From contig JBMNJG010000006.1 of NCBI GenBank assembly GCA_050951545.1, forward strand, positions 32,001 through 96,000: DNA of 64,000 nucleotides, given 5' to 3'. The notes beneath the pieces were generated by a model. The model saw only the letters and a list, made by a program, of their open reading frames with translations, was not told the DNA's origin and ran no database searches. The translations under genes and the position numbers were made by a program. This document shows, piece after piece, positions 51,530 through 60,875 of the stretch; within the stretch, counting starts at the first letter, position 1, and every line of letters starts with the position of its first letter. This DNA is from Limnochordia bacterium (GTDB lineage Bacteria > Bacillota > Limnochordia > DTU080).

Positions 51530-54475
51530 TCACTTGCCCCAGATCTGCACGTTGTCAACGTATGCTGGTTCAGTGTTGTTCTCAGCCGAAAACGACTGGT
51601 ATGCGAAAGCGATCGTGTTCAGATCATCATACTCCTGAGAGTAAAACGAAATCGGTGCAGCATTCTGAGGCAACGGTGAGTCATCAAGAAAGACGTTGTA
51701 GTTCTGGGCGGCCACGTCTATGTCGAGCGTGACCTTGTGCCAGTGGCCCGAGGTGTAGGTTCCTCCACCTGCCCAGTTCTGTGCGGGTTTTCCTGTCAAA
51801 GCGTGCACTCCGTCTTTCCAGAACCCCAGGAAGATCGCGCTGTTTGCTGAGCCCGGATGCACGGAAGCAGGAGGACGGCTCGACCCGCCCAAGGTGACTC
51901 GCAGACTACGCCGACCAGATGTAACGAACATGTCAAAGGACACCCTTAACCGTTCCTTTGCTGGTGGAAACACCATCGCTGCGTACGACGTTTCGGTGCT
52001 CGCATCGGCGGTGCGCCCCAGAAAGAGAACCCGCTCGCCACTGGGTGCACCAATCTTGTCGGGAGCTTCTATCACATAGGGTGCGTCCGGCGATCTTTTC
52101 TGCTCGATCAGTAGCCAATCATCCGGGAACTCACCGACGGTCGTCGTTTCAAAATCCGTTTTGAAGACGAGTGGCAAGCCCAGTGCCTCGGGATCTTGAA
52201 GATGAAGCGGCGATACGTCAAGTTCGCCATCTGCACCGTAGATCGAATCAGCACCTTCCTCAAACGGGATCTCGATGACTTCCTCAGTGGCCCCTTCGCG
52301 GATAACCAGCTTCAGTCTGCCGTTTGTCTGTAGGTCTCCATATGATATGACCTGCCCAGGCCGTTTCTGTGCAATGAAGGTAATCGATAAGCCGTCGGCA
52401 GTCTCGAGGACTCCTCCAATTGCGGAACGACCCTCGACATCCACGGGGCGGATGCTGACTTCTTTTTGACCACCGGGCTCGGGAATCAGGAAATAGGCCT
52501 GCCCTGTGCTGCCGGATGTTTTCTGTCTGACAACCGCTGTTGGAAGTGCCTCAAGCCAGCTGTTGGCGGAGTATATCCAGCCCCGCCTGATAGGCTCTGT
52601 CTGGGCGGTGGCTAACTCATACTCAAGCCCGGAACCCACTGGGTAGATGCCGAGCGTGGCGGCAGTCGTGCCAGTCCTTTCACCCACGACGAAGCCATTA
52701 TCCCGTCGGTTGACTGACCATAGGCTCTGAAAAAGCGCTTCATATGTGTGTTCGTCGCGATCGGCAGGAGTCAACCAGTCGAGAATGAGCCACATTCCAC
52801 GTCTGATAAACAAAACGTCCCTTTGATGAGCAACGCGCAGTTTCTGCCCGGTTGCTGTAGAAGGATACCTCATGAAATCAGCATAACCGAAGTCGTAGAC
52901 GCCACTGAAATAGTCGTAGTTGGGCTCGCTAATCCATAGCGCATCGTTTGGCTCCGACGACACCCACTGATCCCTCACGTCCCGCCGGTACTGAGAAAGG
53001 CCGTCCACAACAACGGTGTTGTGCGCCAACGATGACACGAAGTACTTTCTCCACGGGTTCGCTGAGTCATAGATGTACAATCCGGGATCGACGAGGAAAC
53101 GCTCACCGTACCCACACAACTCGAAACTCAGCTTGTCTTCATTCTGGTGAGCGGCTCCGTATGGCCCCGCTTTGATCGCCATATACAGATCGTCTTTCTC
53201 CCACCCGGAACGCATGACATAGTAGCCGCTCCAATCCAAGGCGACTGAGTCGTATGCGGGTCTGCGGCCTTCCTTCCCCGACGTAGCATACCACAGTATC
53301 TCATCCGTATCGCCAGTGAGCTGCGCCACGACTGCCGCATGATTCCGATAGCCTTGACTGCTCGTTCGTTGGCTTGCGTCACCGAATGCGGGAAGCGAGC
53401 CATCAGGACGCGAGATCTTGATAGGGAAGCGCCCCATCGCTGCCAGCCGCTCCAAAAGATCGCCAGAAAGCGGAAGCCCCACCTTGTCGATCAGTTCGGC
53501 ACTCTTGTAAAACGAACTCATGGTCAGGTGGTGGTATCCTGGATCAAGTTCAATTTGTGCCCCATCCGGATAGACCTGCTCGTCCATCTCCTTAACGAGG
53601 CGCTGGATGGCCCAATCCCGCCATTCCTGTGATTTCTTGAACTCGGGGAAGGCCACGGTGGCATCGATCATGGCCCGAATCTCCACGGCCCGCCAGTTCG
53701 GGGTCGCCGCCACGTGGCGCCCCATCCGCAGCATATGTTCGTACAAGCCCTTCAGTACAACCACCAGATCCTCCGACGTGAGGAGGGGAGAATCAACGAG
53801 CGAGAGAATGCCTCTTACCCAGCTCCCTGCCCTCGACGCTGTAGACAGCTCGTTGTATATCAGGTACATGTCGTGCGCTATCTCGCCCGTCTCGCCCTTG
53901 TTGGCAGGTACCGGAAGTGTCGAGAGAAAGTGCTTCATCAGATGGATGGCTTCAAGCGCATACCCTTCGTATGCCGTGAGTCTGTAGGCATCTGTAAGCG
54001 TGGCAAGCTGGTTGAACCTCGTGAGCCACGCTGTCCATTCCTTATCGTAGTCACCTTTGTAGCCAGGAGCCCGAGTAGGGTTGTAGACCCAGTCGATCTC
54101 ACCATCAAACCAGTAAGTCACATTTCCCCTGCTATACTGCCTTCTCAGTACGAGATCAGGATCTGGTAGCCTGATCGAAAAGGCGGGTGTGCGCAGTGGG
54201 CCTATCCCGAAGGCCTGTTGTGCATCGCCCTTGTTTGCAGCCAGGTACTCCCTCAACTCCTTGGCAGCGGTGTCAAAATCGCCATCCTTCACCGCCGCCT
54301 CGACTTTCGCCAGCGCCGGAATGTCGTAATCGAACGCCGCGAAGAACTCCTCCATGCTCAGTTCAATGGTGGGATACGTGTAGTAAGGCGAATGGGCACC
54401 TGCTAGGACGCCTGTGGAAAAGACAAGCATGCACATTAGCAGGGCCAGCATCCAAACGAACATAGCGCTCCTCAT
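51530..54475 (-). CDS. Secreted heparinase II/III family polysaccharide lyase (PL12/heparinase III-like) with C-terminal beta-sandwich domain
   Basis: Signal peptide, NW, QVYPDGAQIELDPGYH, PDGSLPAFGD, SGYYVMRSGW, HQNEDKLSFE, VDPGLYIY, AHNTVVVDG. Confidence 0.9.
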   Translation of the reverse strand: MRSAMFVWMLALLMCMLVFSTGVLAGAHSPYYTYPTIELSMEEFFAAFDYDIPALAKVEAAVKDGDFDTAAKELREYLAANKGDAQQAFGIGPLRTPAFSIRLPDPDLVLRRQYSRGNVTYWFDGEIDWVYNPTRAPGYKGDYDKEWTAWLTRFNQLATLTDAYRLTAYEGYALEAIHLMKHFLSTLPVPANKGETGEIAHDMYLIYNELSTASRAGSWVRGILSLVDSPLLTSEDLVVVLKGLYEHMLRMGRHVAATPNWRAVEIRAMIDATVAFPEFKKSQEWRDWAIQRLVKEMDEQVYPDGAQIELDPGYHHLTMSSFYKSAELIDKVGLPLSGDLLERLAAMGRFPIKISRPDGSLPAFGDASQRTSSQGYRNHAAVVAQLTGDTDEILWYATSGKEGRRPAYDSVALDWSGYYVMRSGWEKDDLYMAIKAGPYGAAHQNEDKLSFELCGYGERFLVDPGLYIYDSANPWRKYFVSSLAHNTVVVDGLSQYRRDVRDQWVSSEPNDALWISEPNYDYFSGVYDFGYADFMRYPSTATGQKLRVAHQRDVLFIRRGMWLILDWLTPADRDEHTYEALFQSLWSVNRRDNGFVVGERTGTTAATLGIYPVGSGLEYELATAQTEPIRRGWIYSANSWLEALPTAVVRQKTSGSTGQAYFLIPEPGGQKEVSIRPVDVEGRSAIGGVLETADGLSITFIAQKRPGQVISYGDLQTNGRLKLVIREGATEEVIEIPFEEGADSIYGADGELDVSPLHLQDPEALGLPLVFKTDFETTTVGEFPDDWLLIEQKRSPDAPYVIEAPDKIGAPSGERVLFLGRTADASTETSYAAMVFPPAKERLRVSFDMFVTSGRRSLRVTLGGSSRPPASVHPGSANSAIFLGFWKDGVHALTGKPAQNWAGGGTYTSGHWHKVTLDIDVAAQNYNVFLDDSPLPQNAAPISFYSQEYDDLNTIAFAYQSFSAENNTEPAYVDNVQIWGK

Positions 54476-54549
54476 AGTAGACAGCTCCTTCTACAGTGAT
54501 CATCCTCGAACAAACGCCTGCACAGCATGAAAAGACCCTCGTGCGCATG

Positions 54550-54573
54550 TTCGACGCGCTCGGTTGTCATCCT
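54550..54573 (-). promoter_or_regulatory. SigmaH-like promoter
   Basis: AGGA-N17-GAA. Confidence 0.5.
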
Positions 54574-54820
54574 TCCCCGAAAGAGTGTTGCCCTAAGTGG
54601 ATGGGCAACTCTACTGCTCATCGGGCTCATTAGGTCGGCCCGAGGTCGCTGACCCGGTTGCTGCCCCGTCATGATCTCACGATGGTGGTAAGATGCCGAA
54701 GCGACAATGAGCGGCCGACTCCATGTCTAGTGACCACCGCTCATCCGGGCGGGAATGCCGTCACAAAGTTCGGCCTAGCTCCAGGCCCCGGGCCATCCAG
54801 GCGTAACGTTCAAGCTGGTC

Positions 54821-56095
54821 CTAGCTGTTTCCCCTCAACCCCTCCAGCCAACCAGCCCTGCGGGTCCGCAAGATGCTGTACTGATATATCCTGGCGCCGA
54901 GCAGAAGCATCAGCCAGACGAAAACGATGGAGAAAAGCACAGATAGGGCGATCTCCACGGCGGGCACACTGCTCATAACAATGCGAGTGAACATCACTGT
55001 CGGAGCGAGAAAAGGAACGAGCGAGGCCAGGCGTACGACGAACCCGCCAGGGTTATCTAAGGCGACAATGGCCAGAATGTAGGCCACCACCACGAGTAGC
55101 GTCACTGGCAGAACCGTCTGACTGGCCTCCTCGGGACGACTCACCAGACACCCAGCCGCCGCAAACAACGACGAATAGACGAGGTAGCCCAGCACGTAAT
55201 AGAGCAGAAAGAAGAGCACTGTGGATGCACTCACGGCAGACAACTGCAATGGCACCCCACCGACGCTGAGGTTGCTCAAGGCTCCCCGAGCCCAAGATAT
55301 GCCCAGGCCCACAGCAACCCAAAGCGCATACTGCACCAACGAAGCGGAGCCCAAGCCCAGGATCTTCCCTAACAGGAGATCCCTGGGACGAACCGACACT
55401 AGCATCATCTCCATCACCCGCGAACCCTTTTCGGCCGCCACACCGTTGGTCAGCACGCTTCCGTAGCCAATCAAGGTGAAGTACAGCAGAAAAAGCAGCA
55501 AGTAGGCCAGGGTCTGCGAAGCGAAACGTTGGCTGCTACTGTCAAAGCGATCGTCGTGGCTTACCACCTGTGTGAGAAAAGGCCTTTGCAGTGCGGCACC
55601 TTGCTGCATCGATAGCCCGAGATCAGCCAGGCGTAACGGCAACACCACCGGACGCAGAATCTGCTCCAAAGAGTTGATCTGCCTTGCAGATATCTCGCGT
55701 CCTCCAAAGCGGATCACAGGCTCCCGGCGCCGGCTCTCGGGCGGGGTGATCAACAGGTAGGCCGACAACTCCCCTGTCTTGACTTGCTCATCAAGCGCTT
55801 CGTAGTCCAGGGCTGCATCGTCGGGTTGGGGGACACTGAACGCCACCTGCGGCCGACCCTGTTCAGAGATCTCTTCTAAAGACTGAACCATGGCGGGGTA
55901 GATGCCCCCCACCTGATCGAAGACGATGACCTCAGTCACTCTGCTCCCGCTCCTGTTTTCCAGCCAGTTCAATAGTGTGGGAAGGAACGAGAGCACCACC
56001 AGCCCGAGCAACCCTAATACAGTGGTGAGCAAAAAAGTGCGAGTGCGCACAGTCTGTGTGAACTCTCTCGCGGCAACGATGCGTACGGCTCTCAT
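54821..56095 (-). CDS. ABC-2 type exporter permease (NatB/YhaP-like)
   Basis: AAREF, EKGSRVMEMML, LLGKILG and multiple TM segments. The start overlaps the ATPase stop. Confidence 0.9.
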   Translation of the reverse strand: MRAVRIVAAREFTQTVRTRTFLLTTVLGLLGLVVLSFLPTLLNWLENRSGSRVTEVIVFDQVGGIYPAMVQSLEEISEQGRPQVAFSVPQPDDAALDYEALDEQVKTGELSAYLLITPPESRRREPVIRFGGREISARQINSLEQILRPVVLPLRLADLGLSMQQGAALQRPFLTQVVSHDDRFDSSSQRFASQTLAYLLLFLLYFTLIGYGSVLTNGVAAEKGSRVMEMMLVSVRPRDLLLGKILGLGSASLVQYALWVAVGLGISWARGALSNLSVGGVPLQLSAVSASTVLFFLLYYVLGYLVYSSLFAAAGCLVSRPEEASQTVLPVTLLVVVAYILAIVALDNPGGFVVRLASLVPFLAPTVMFTRIVMSSVPAVEIALSVLFSIVFVWLMLLLGARIYQYSILRTRRAGWLEGLRGNS

Positions 56096-57069
56096 AGTGT
56101 GACCTCCTCGATGATGGCGTCGTTGCCCTCGGTGTACTGGGAAACCTCGGCAATGTACACGTCCTCCAAGGAAGGGTAATCCACCGAGAAATGCCGCAGC
56201 CGCTCCCGTTCGGCGAGAAGATGCAAAATGGCATCGACATCCGCACCGGGGCCCAGGGAATAGCGCCATTGGCCTGCTTCATGCTCCAGCAGATCAAGGC
56301 CAGGTATGCCCTCGAGAGGTGCCACAGGGTTCATAGCCCGCTCAGATGCCGCCTCATCGTCCACCTCCAACCGCAACGTGAGTACACGATTGCCTGATCG
56401 TCGCCGCACCTCGTCGAGGGGTCCGTGTACGAGGGTCCTCCCCTCGGCGATCAGGCAGACGCGATCGCAGAGTTCCTCGACAGAATCCATTTGGTGGCTG
56501 GAGAATAGGACTGTCGAACCAACCTCATTGAGATGCTTGACGGCTTGTTTGAACAGCCGGGCATTCACGGGGTCAAGGCCGCTGAAGGGCTCGTCCAAGA
56601 TCACGAGAGCTGGTCGATGAATGACAGCGGCAAGAAACTGCATCTTCTGCGCGTTGCCCTTGGACAGATCATCCGTTTTTCTTCCCAGGACTTCATCAAG
56701 TCCCAGGCGGTCTGTCCAATAGGCGATCTGCTCATCTGCTTGGGCACGCGTGAGTCCGTGCAACCGGGCAAAGAAACGCAACTGGTCTCGACCCCGCATA
56801 TGTGGATAGAGCCCGCGCTCCTCAGGCAGATAGCCAAAGGTCCCCAGCGGCCATTGATCCACACCCTTACCAGCCCAGGTAATTCGGCCAGAGTCGGGCC
56901 GGAGAATGCGCAGTATCATACGCATGGTGGTCGTCTTACCTGCACCATTGGGGCCGATCAGGCCCATGATACTGCCCTTAGGTGCTTCGAGCCATACATC
57001 CCGGACAGCCTTGACTGGTCCGAACGAGCAGCTGACATGGTCAATCATGATACTCATAGCGGGCATCAC
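56092..57069 (-). CDS. ABC-2 type exporter ATP-binding protein (NatA/YhaQ-like)
   Basis: GPNGAGKTT, GYLPEERGLY, LSKGNAQK, LDEPFSGLDPVN, FSSH. Confidence 0.93.
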   Translation of the reverse strand: MMPAMSIMIDHVSCSFGPVKAVRDVWLEAPKGSIMGLIGPNGAGKTTTMRMILRILRPDSGRITWAGKGVDQWPLGTFGYLPEERGLYPHMRGRDQLRFFARLHGLTRAQADEQIAYWTDRLGLDEVLGRKTDDLSKGNAQKMQFLAAVIHRPALVILDEPFSGLDPVNARLFKQAVKHLNEVGSTVLFSSHQMDSVEELCDRVCLIAEGRTLVHGPLDEVRRRSGNRVLTLRLEVDDEAASERAMNPVAPLEGIPGLDLLEHEAGQWRYSLGPGADVDAILHLLAERERLRHFSVDYPSLEDVYIAEVSQYTEGNDAIIEEVTL

Positions 57070-57296
57070 ATCCTTCGTCTGAGCTGGAAAAACGAAGAAA
57101 CACTCACCCCCGTTCGCGTGGCGGTAGCAGTGATCGGAGCCGTCTGCCTACCTGGTGTCTGCTTCCCCGTCAGTTTTTCTCCCACGCAACACAAGTCGAA
57201 TCCCCGCTGCAGCACTAGCCATAGCGTTGTGCGGGGGAACTGCACCGGAGAAGACTGTGGCGAAGTGACGGTTCATAATCGCGTCTAGTCGCTCCG

Positions 57297-58061
57297 TTAG
57301 ATCGTTTCGCCCAAACCCAGCATACTGGCGGCGTTGCGCCAGAGGATATCCTGCTTTTGCTCCTCGGTGATCTCTGCGTCTAGTACTCGTCCCACCTGCA
57401 TCTCGTAGCAGCGACCGGGGTAGTCAGATCCGAACAGCATGCGCTCCGAACCCATATAACGCACGGCGTATTCAACCAAGTCGTTCTCAGGCAAGCAGCC
57501 AGAGGTATCGATATAGGCGTTAGGAATATCCGCTAGATCAAGCACTCCTCGTCGCTGCAATCCGGTGAGATGGGCGGCCACGATCTTGGTCTGAGGGTTC
57601 CTACGGGCCATATACGCGAGGTCAGAGCCATCAGACTCATTGGGGTACTTGTTGGCCATCTTGTACCAGGAATGCATGATAATCGGGATGCCATGCTCAG
57701 CCGCAAGTTGGCAGATGAGGTCATGTCGGTGATCTCGGGCGTTGAGCGACATGTGAAGCTTAATCGCTCTGGCGCCCTCTTGGACACAGCGCTTAGTCTC
57801 ACTCCGGATGAAATCCTCGTCGTGAAGGGGATTGAGCCCAAGGGCAGCAACGAAGAAGTGCGGATCGGCGTGCTGGAGCTGTAGAGTAGCGCTGTTGCGC
57901 TCCCGTGTCTGGGCAGGAGGGCAGTCGTACGCCAACGTCAGTAGCACGATTTTCCGAATGTCGTTTCTCAGGGCATGCTCCTGATATCGACCCACAGTCG
58001 CATTGGGCCGTTGTCGAGCAGGGCTGTGCCACGAATGATGCACGTGAATGTCGATAATCAT
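57297..58061 (-). CDS. Amidohydrolase (Amidohydro_2 family)
   Basis: IIDIHVH, IKLH, AAH, YIDTSG, LFGSDYP. Confidence 0.88.
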   Translation of the reverse strand: MIIDIHVHHSWHSPARQRPNATVGRYQEHALRNDIRKIVLLTLAYDCPPAQTRERNSATLQLQHADPHFFVAALGLNPLHDEDFIRSETKRCVQEGARAIKLHMSLNARDHRHDLICQLAAEHGIPIIMHSWYKMANKYPNESDGSDLAYMARRNPQTKIVAAHLTGLQRRGVLDLADIPNAYIDTSGCLPENDLVEYAVRYMGSERMLFGSDYPGRCYEMQVGRVLDAEITEEQKQDILWRNAASMLGLGETI

Positions 58062-58090
58062 GTAGCTGCCTCCCTGTGTAATACTCTCAA

Positions 58091-58846
58091 TCATGGGGCA
58101 GTCCTCAGGAGCCGCTGCGCGTTACGAGTGAGTACGGCCTCGCGGGCGGCCGCGGGTGCACTGGAGCGCTGGATCTTCAGGATATTAGGCAGAGGATAGA
58201 ACATCGGAGCATGAGACCCGAAGACAACTCGCTCGGCGGAGAAAACCCGTAGAGCGATCTCCAATGGATCGTCGCCATCACAATGACTTGTCTCTAGGTA
58301 CAGGTTGGGCAGCACTACGCCTTTCTGCCCTACTGCAGTGACACCCATACTGATCACCTGCAGTTCTGGAAAGCGTTCGGCCACACGAACTACCGCCGAC
58401 AGTGAGATATCCACAGGCTCGATGAGCATGGGGTTGCGCTGACGCTTGTCTTCTACCCGACAGTAGATGGCCATGGCCACACCGTCAGCCGCCAACTGCT
58501 CCGCCAAAGCCAGGAAGTCCGGATTATCGAAATCATAGACGTGGTAGAACGGAAACAGCCGGATGAGAGGCACCCCCCACTCACCGCGACAGATCCTGTA
58601 GTTTTCCATGTAGTTGGCAAGCGTAGGGTTGATCACTGCTGAAGGTATGAAAAACGATGACGCCGATAGGCTGGGTAGCCGTAGCTCATTCGCCTCCTGC
58701 GGATCGGGCCAGAAAATGGCCTCCAGTGGGTAGGCGCAAGCCTTGGTGATGCCCTTACTCGAAAGCCACTCCTCAAGCTTGGCTGCGTCGTTGTACTTCG
58801 TCGGCCGAAAAGGCCAATTGCCACAACCGACGTTGACATCTATCAC
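58091..58846 (-). CDS. Amidohydrolase-fold protein with degenerate metal ligands
   Basis: MIDVNVGCGNWPFR, AERFPEL, LYLETS, VFGSHAP, NAQRLL. Confidence 0.75.
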   Translation of the reverse strand: MIDVNVGCGNWPFRPTKYNDAAKLEEWLSSKGITKACAYPLEAIFWPDPQEANELRLPSLSASSFFIPSAVINPTLANYMENYRICRGEWGVPLIRLFPFYHVYDFDNPDFLALAEQLAADGVAMAIYCRVEDKRQRNPMLIEPVDISLSAVVRVAERFPELQVISMGVTAVGQKGVVLPNLYLETSHCDGDDPLEIALRVFSAERVVFGSHAPMFYPLPNILKIQRSSAPAAAREAVLTRNAQRLLRTAP

Positions 58847-58900
58847 TGCTATTCACTCCCTCTGAACTATCAATCCACCAGACGCTCCGCCCACACAGCC

Positions 58901-59026
58901 CCTATCTACCGAACACGTGCTGAGCACCTTGCTAATCCCCTCGGCCGCGCAAAACGCCTTCAGCCGCAGAGCGTTGCCGACGAAACACAGGTTCAATGCC
59001 TGCCCGCTTAGCGTTCTGCCAACCGC
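58901..59026 (-). pseudogene. Relic of the 3' end of an SBP paralogous to 19637..20890
   Basis: Aligns to 19640-19771 (ACGCCTTCAGCCGCAGAGCGTTG vs ACGCCTTCAGCTGCAGAGCGTTG). Translates as QNAKRAGIEPVFRRQRSAAEGVL. Confidence 0.85.
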
Positions 59027-59132
59027 ATTCTGACTTCCCCCTGCTTTTTGAATTACCTGCGGCATCAAGTGCTTATTGGGTCTTTGCCGCGGCGAGGCTC
59101 ATCTACCGCCCATGCACACAGAACGCGTGAGA

Positions 59133-59157
59133 AGGAGTGCGCACTCAGACAGGGAAT
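59133..59157 (+). promoter_or_regulatory. SigmaH-like promoter of the sialidase-like gene
   Basis: AGGA-N17-GAAT. Confidence 0.55.
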
Positions 59158-59216
59158 GTCTCGCTACCGAGGACCCCTCGCAACCGTGCAGACAGAAGGA
59201 ATGGAGGCCTCCTGCT

Positions 59217-60404
59217 ATGACGCGTCTTCCCTTGCTCGCAGATGAGTACACCCTGATGTACTGTTCGCCCGATCCGGCAACCATTTACGCCTACACGCCG
59301 GGTATTCTGCGCCTTCCGACTAGTCGTCTGATTGGCACTATGGACCAAGGCGGACCAGGAGTCATACACCTTCCGGGTCCGAAAGCGACTCGGGGCGAAG
59401 GGCGCCACTGCTGGCAAGGCAAGGTCTTCACCTCTGATGACGGCGGTCAGACGTGGACACATCGCCTGGACTTCCCGTTCTTCCACGCACGCCCTTTCCA
59501 GGCAGGAAAAGCCTGTTACGTCTTGGGGCATGCGGGAGACCTGATGATCATCCGTTCTGATGATGATGGCGAAAACTGGAGCGCGCCTGTCGCCTTTACA
59601 CAGGGGCAGTGGTGGCACCAGTCTGCCTGCAGCGTCGTCTACGCCAACAACCGTGTCTATCTCGTGATGGAGCGTCTCGTAGGCCCTCCGAACCGGACGA
59701 AGACCGCCACCTTGGCCCCTGTCGTGATGTCGGCACCCGTCACCACCGATCTCACCGATCGCTCCAACTGGACCTTTTCCGAGGAAAGAACCTACATTGA
59801 TCTGGCGGCAGACGCAGGTCTTTTGGGCGTACCCTTTGTGCCTGGCCGCGGCATGGGCCCGGGCTGGCTGGAGGGCAACATGGTGCAGTTTGTCGATCCG
59901 ACCCATCCTTGGTACGATCCCGCTGGCCGCACGTTCTACATCTGGATGCGAGCCGCAAACGCCCCGCCGAATATGGCCTGTGTGGCCAAGGCAAGCGAAC
60001 AACCAAACGGCACCATTTCGATCGGTCTGCCAACGGCTCCCACGGGGAAGCCTGTAGCCTACCTGCCATGCCCTGGCGGACACCTCAAGTTCTTCATTCA
60101 GTATGATGAGCCAAGCCAGCTCTTCTGGCTCATCGCCAGTCACGCTGCCGATTCCCTCACCGGGCCAAGAGAAAGGCATCGGCTGGCACTGCATTTCTCG
60201 AAAAACTGCATTGATTGGCAGATGGCGGGTCTGGTGACCGCCGGAGGCACTCCCGGCCAGGCCCGAAACTACGCTTCCCTGGCGATTGATGGGGACGATC
60301 TCTTGGTGCTCAGCCGCTCCGGCACCCCAGCGGCTAGATCCGCTCACGATGGCGATGTCATCACCTTGCACCGAGTGCACCGTTTTCGCGACCTGGTGTA
60401 TTAG
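59217..60404 (+). CDS. BNR/Asp-box beta-propeller protein (sialidase-like), cytoplasmic
   Basis: Asp boxes SDDGGQTW, SDDDGENW and FSKNCIDW. RBS GGAGG precedes the ATG at 59217. Confidence 0.8.
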   Translation: MTRLPLLADEYTLMYCSPDPATIYAYTPGILRLPTSRLIGTMDQGGPGVIHLPGPKATRGEGRHCWQGKVFTSDDGGQTWTHRLDFPFFHARPFQAGKACYVLGHAGDLMIIRSDDDGENWSAPVAFTQGQWWHQSACSVVYANNRVYLVMERLVGPPNRTKTATLAPVVMSAPVTTDLTDRSNWTFSEERTYIDLAADAGLLGVPFVPGRGMGPGWLEGNMVQFVDPTHPWYDPAGRTFYIWMRAANAPPNMACVAKASEQPNGTISIGLPTAPTGKPVAYLPCPGGHLKFFIQYDEPSQLFWLIASHAADSLTGPRERHRLALHFSKNCIDWQMAGLVTAGGTPGQARNYASLAIDGDDLLVLSRSGTPAARSAHDGDVITLHRVHRFRDLVY

Positions 60405-60424
60405 GCATCCGATCAGCGTAAGTC

Positions 60425-60772
60425 GGTGCTGCTGGTGACAAACACCAGGTCGCCTGGCCACACCTCCTGCGGCTGCACCCAGCTTCACCTTGTACACAAA
60501 AAGCATGTGGGCTGTTGTACGGCCTTCAGCGACCATCCAGTGCACCACTGGATGCCAGGTACCGATTGGTTGCAGGCCCAGATGGCTAACCCGGAGCAGT
60601 CAGAGCCAGAAGGCGTCTGCCCGCCCCACACATAACGGGTTCCCAGCGTCGTAAGGGCTGCCCGTAGAGCCGTTTCTGCCTCTTCCCGCGTGACCATGGG
60701 CGGCATTTGCACAGCAGCGCCACTTGCAGTCATCATCCATTCGCACACGACGATCTGTATCAGCCAGCGCAT
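60425..60772 (-). pseudogene. NlpC/P60 peptidase remnant
   Basis: LGTRYVWGGQTPSGSDCSGL, then in another frame PQEVWPGDLVFV; truncated before the catalytic His. Confidence 0.75.
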
Positions 60773-60875
60773 ACCCGTTGCTCCTGAGATCAGCGTACAG
60801 GGAGGAAGAAGCTCCTCTGTAGAGTATACTTCCGTACGACTGACAGTTCACAACGTTACCAAAAGAGGTGTACTC

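Noticed and set aside
59145-60548. 467-aa minus-strand ORF and similar long antisense ORFs (e.g. 13617..14516, 56533..57288)
   Set aside because: Shadow ORFs opposite well-supported genes in GC-rich DNA, with no recognisable motifs.
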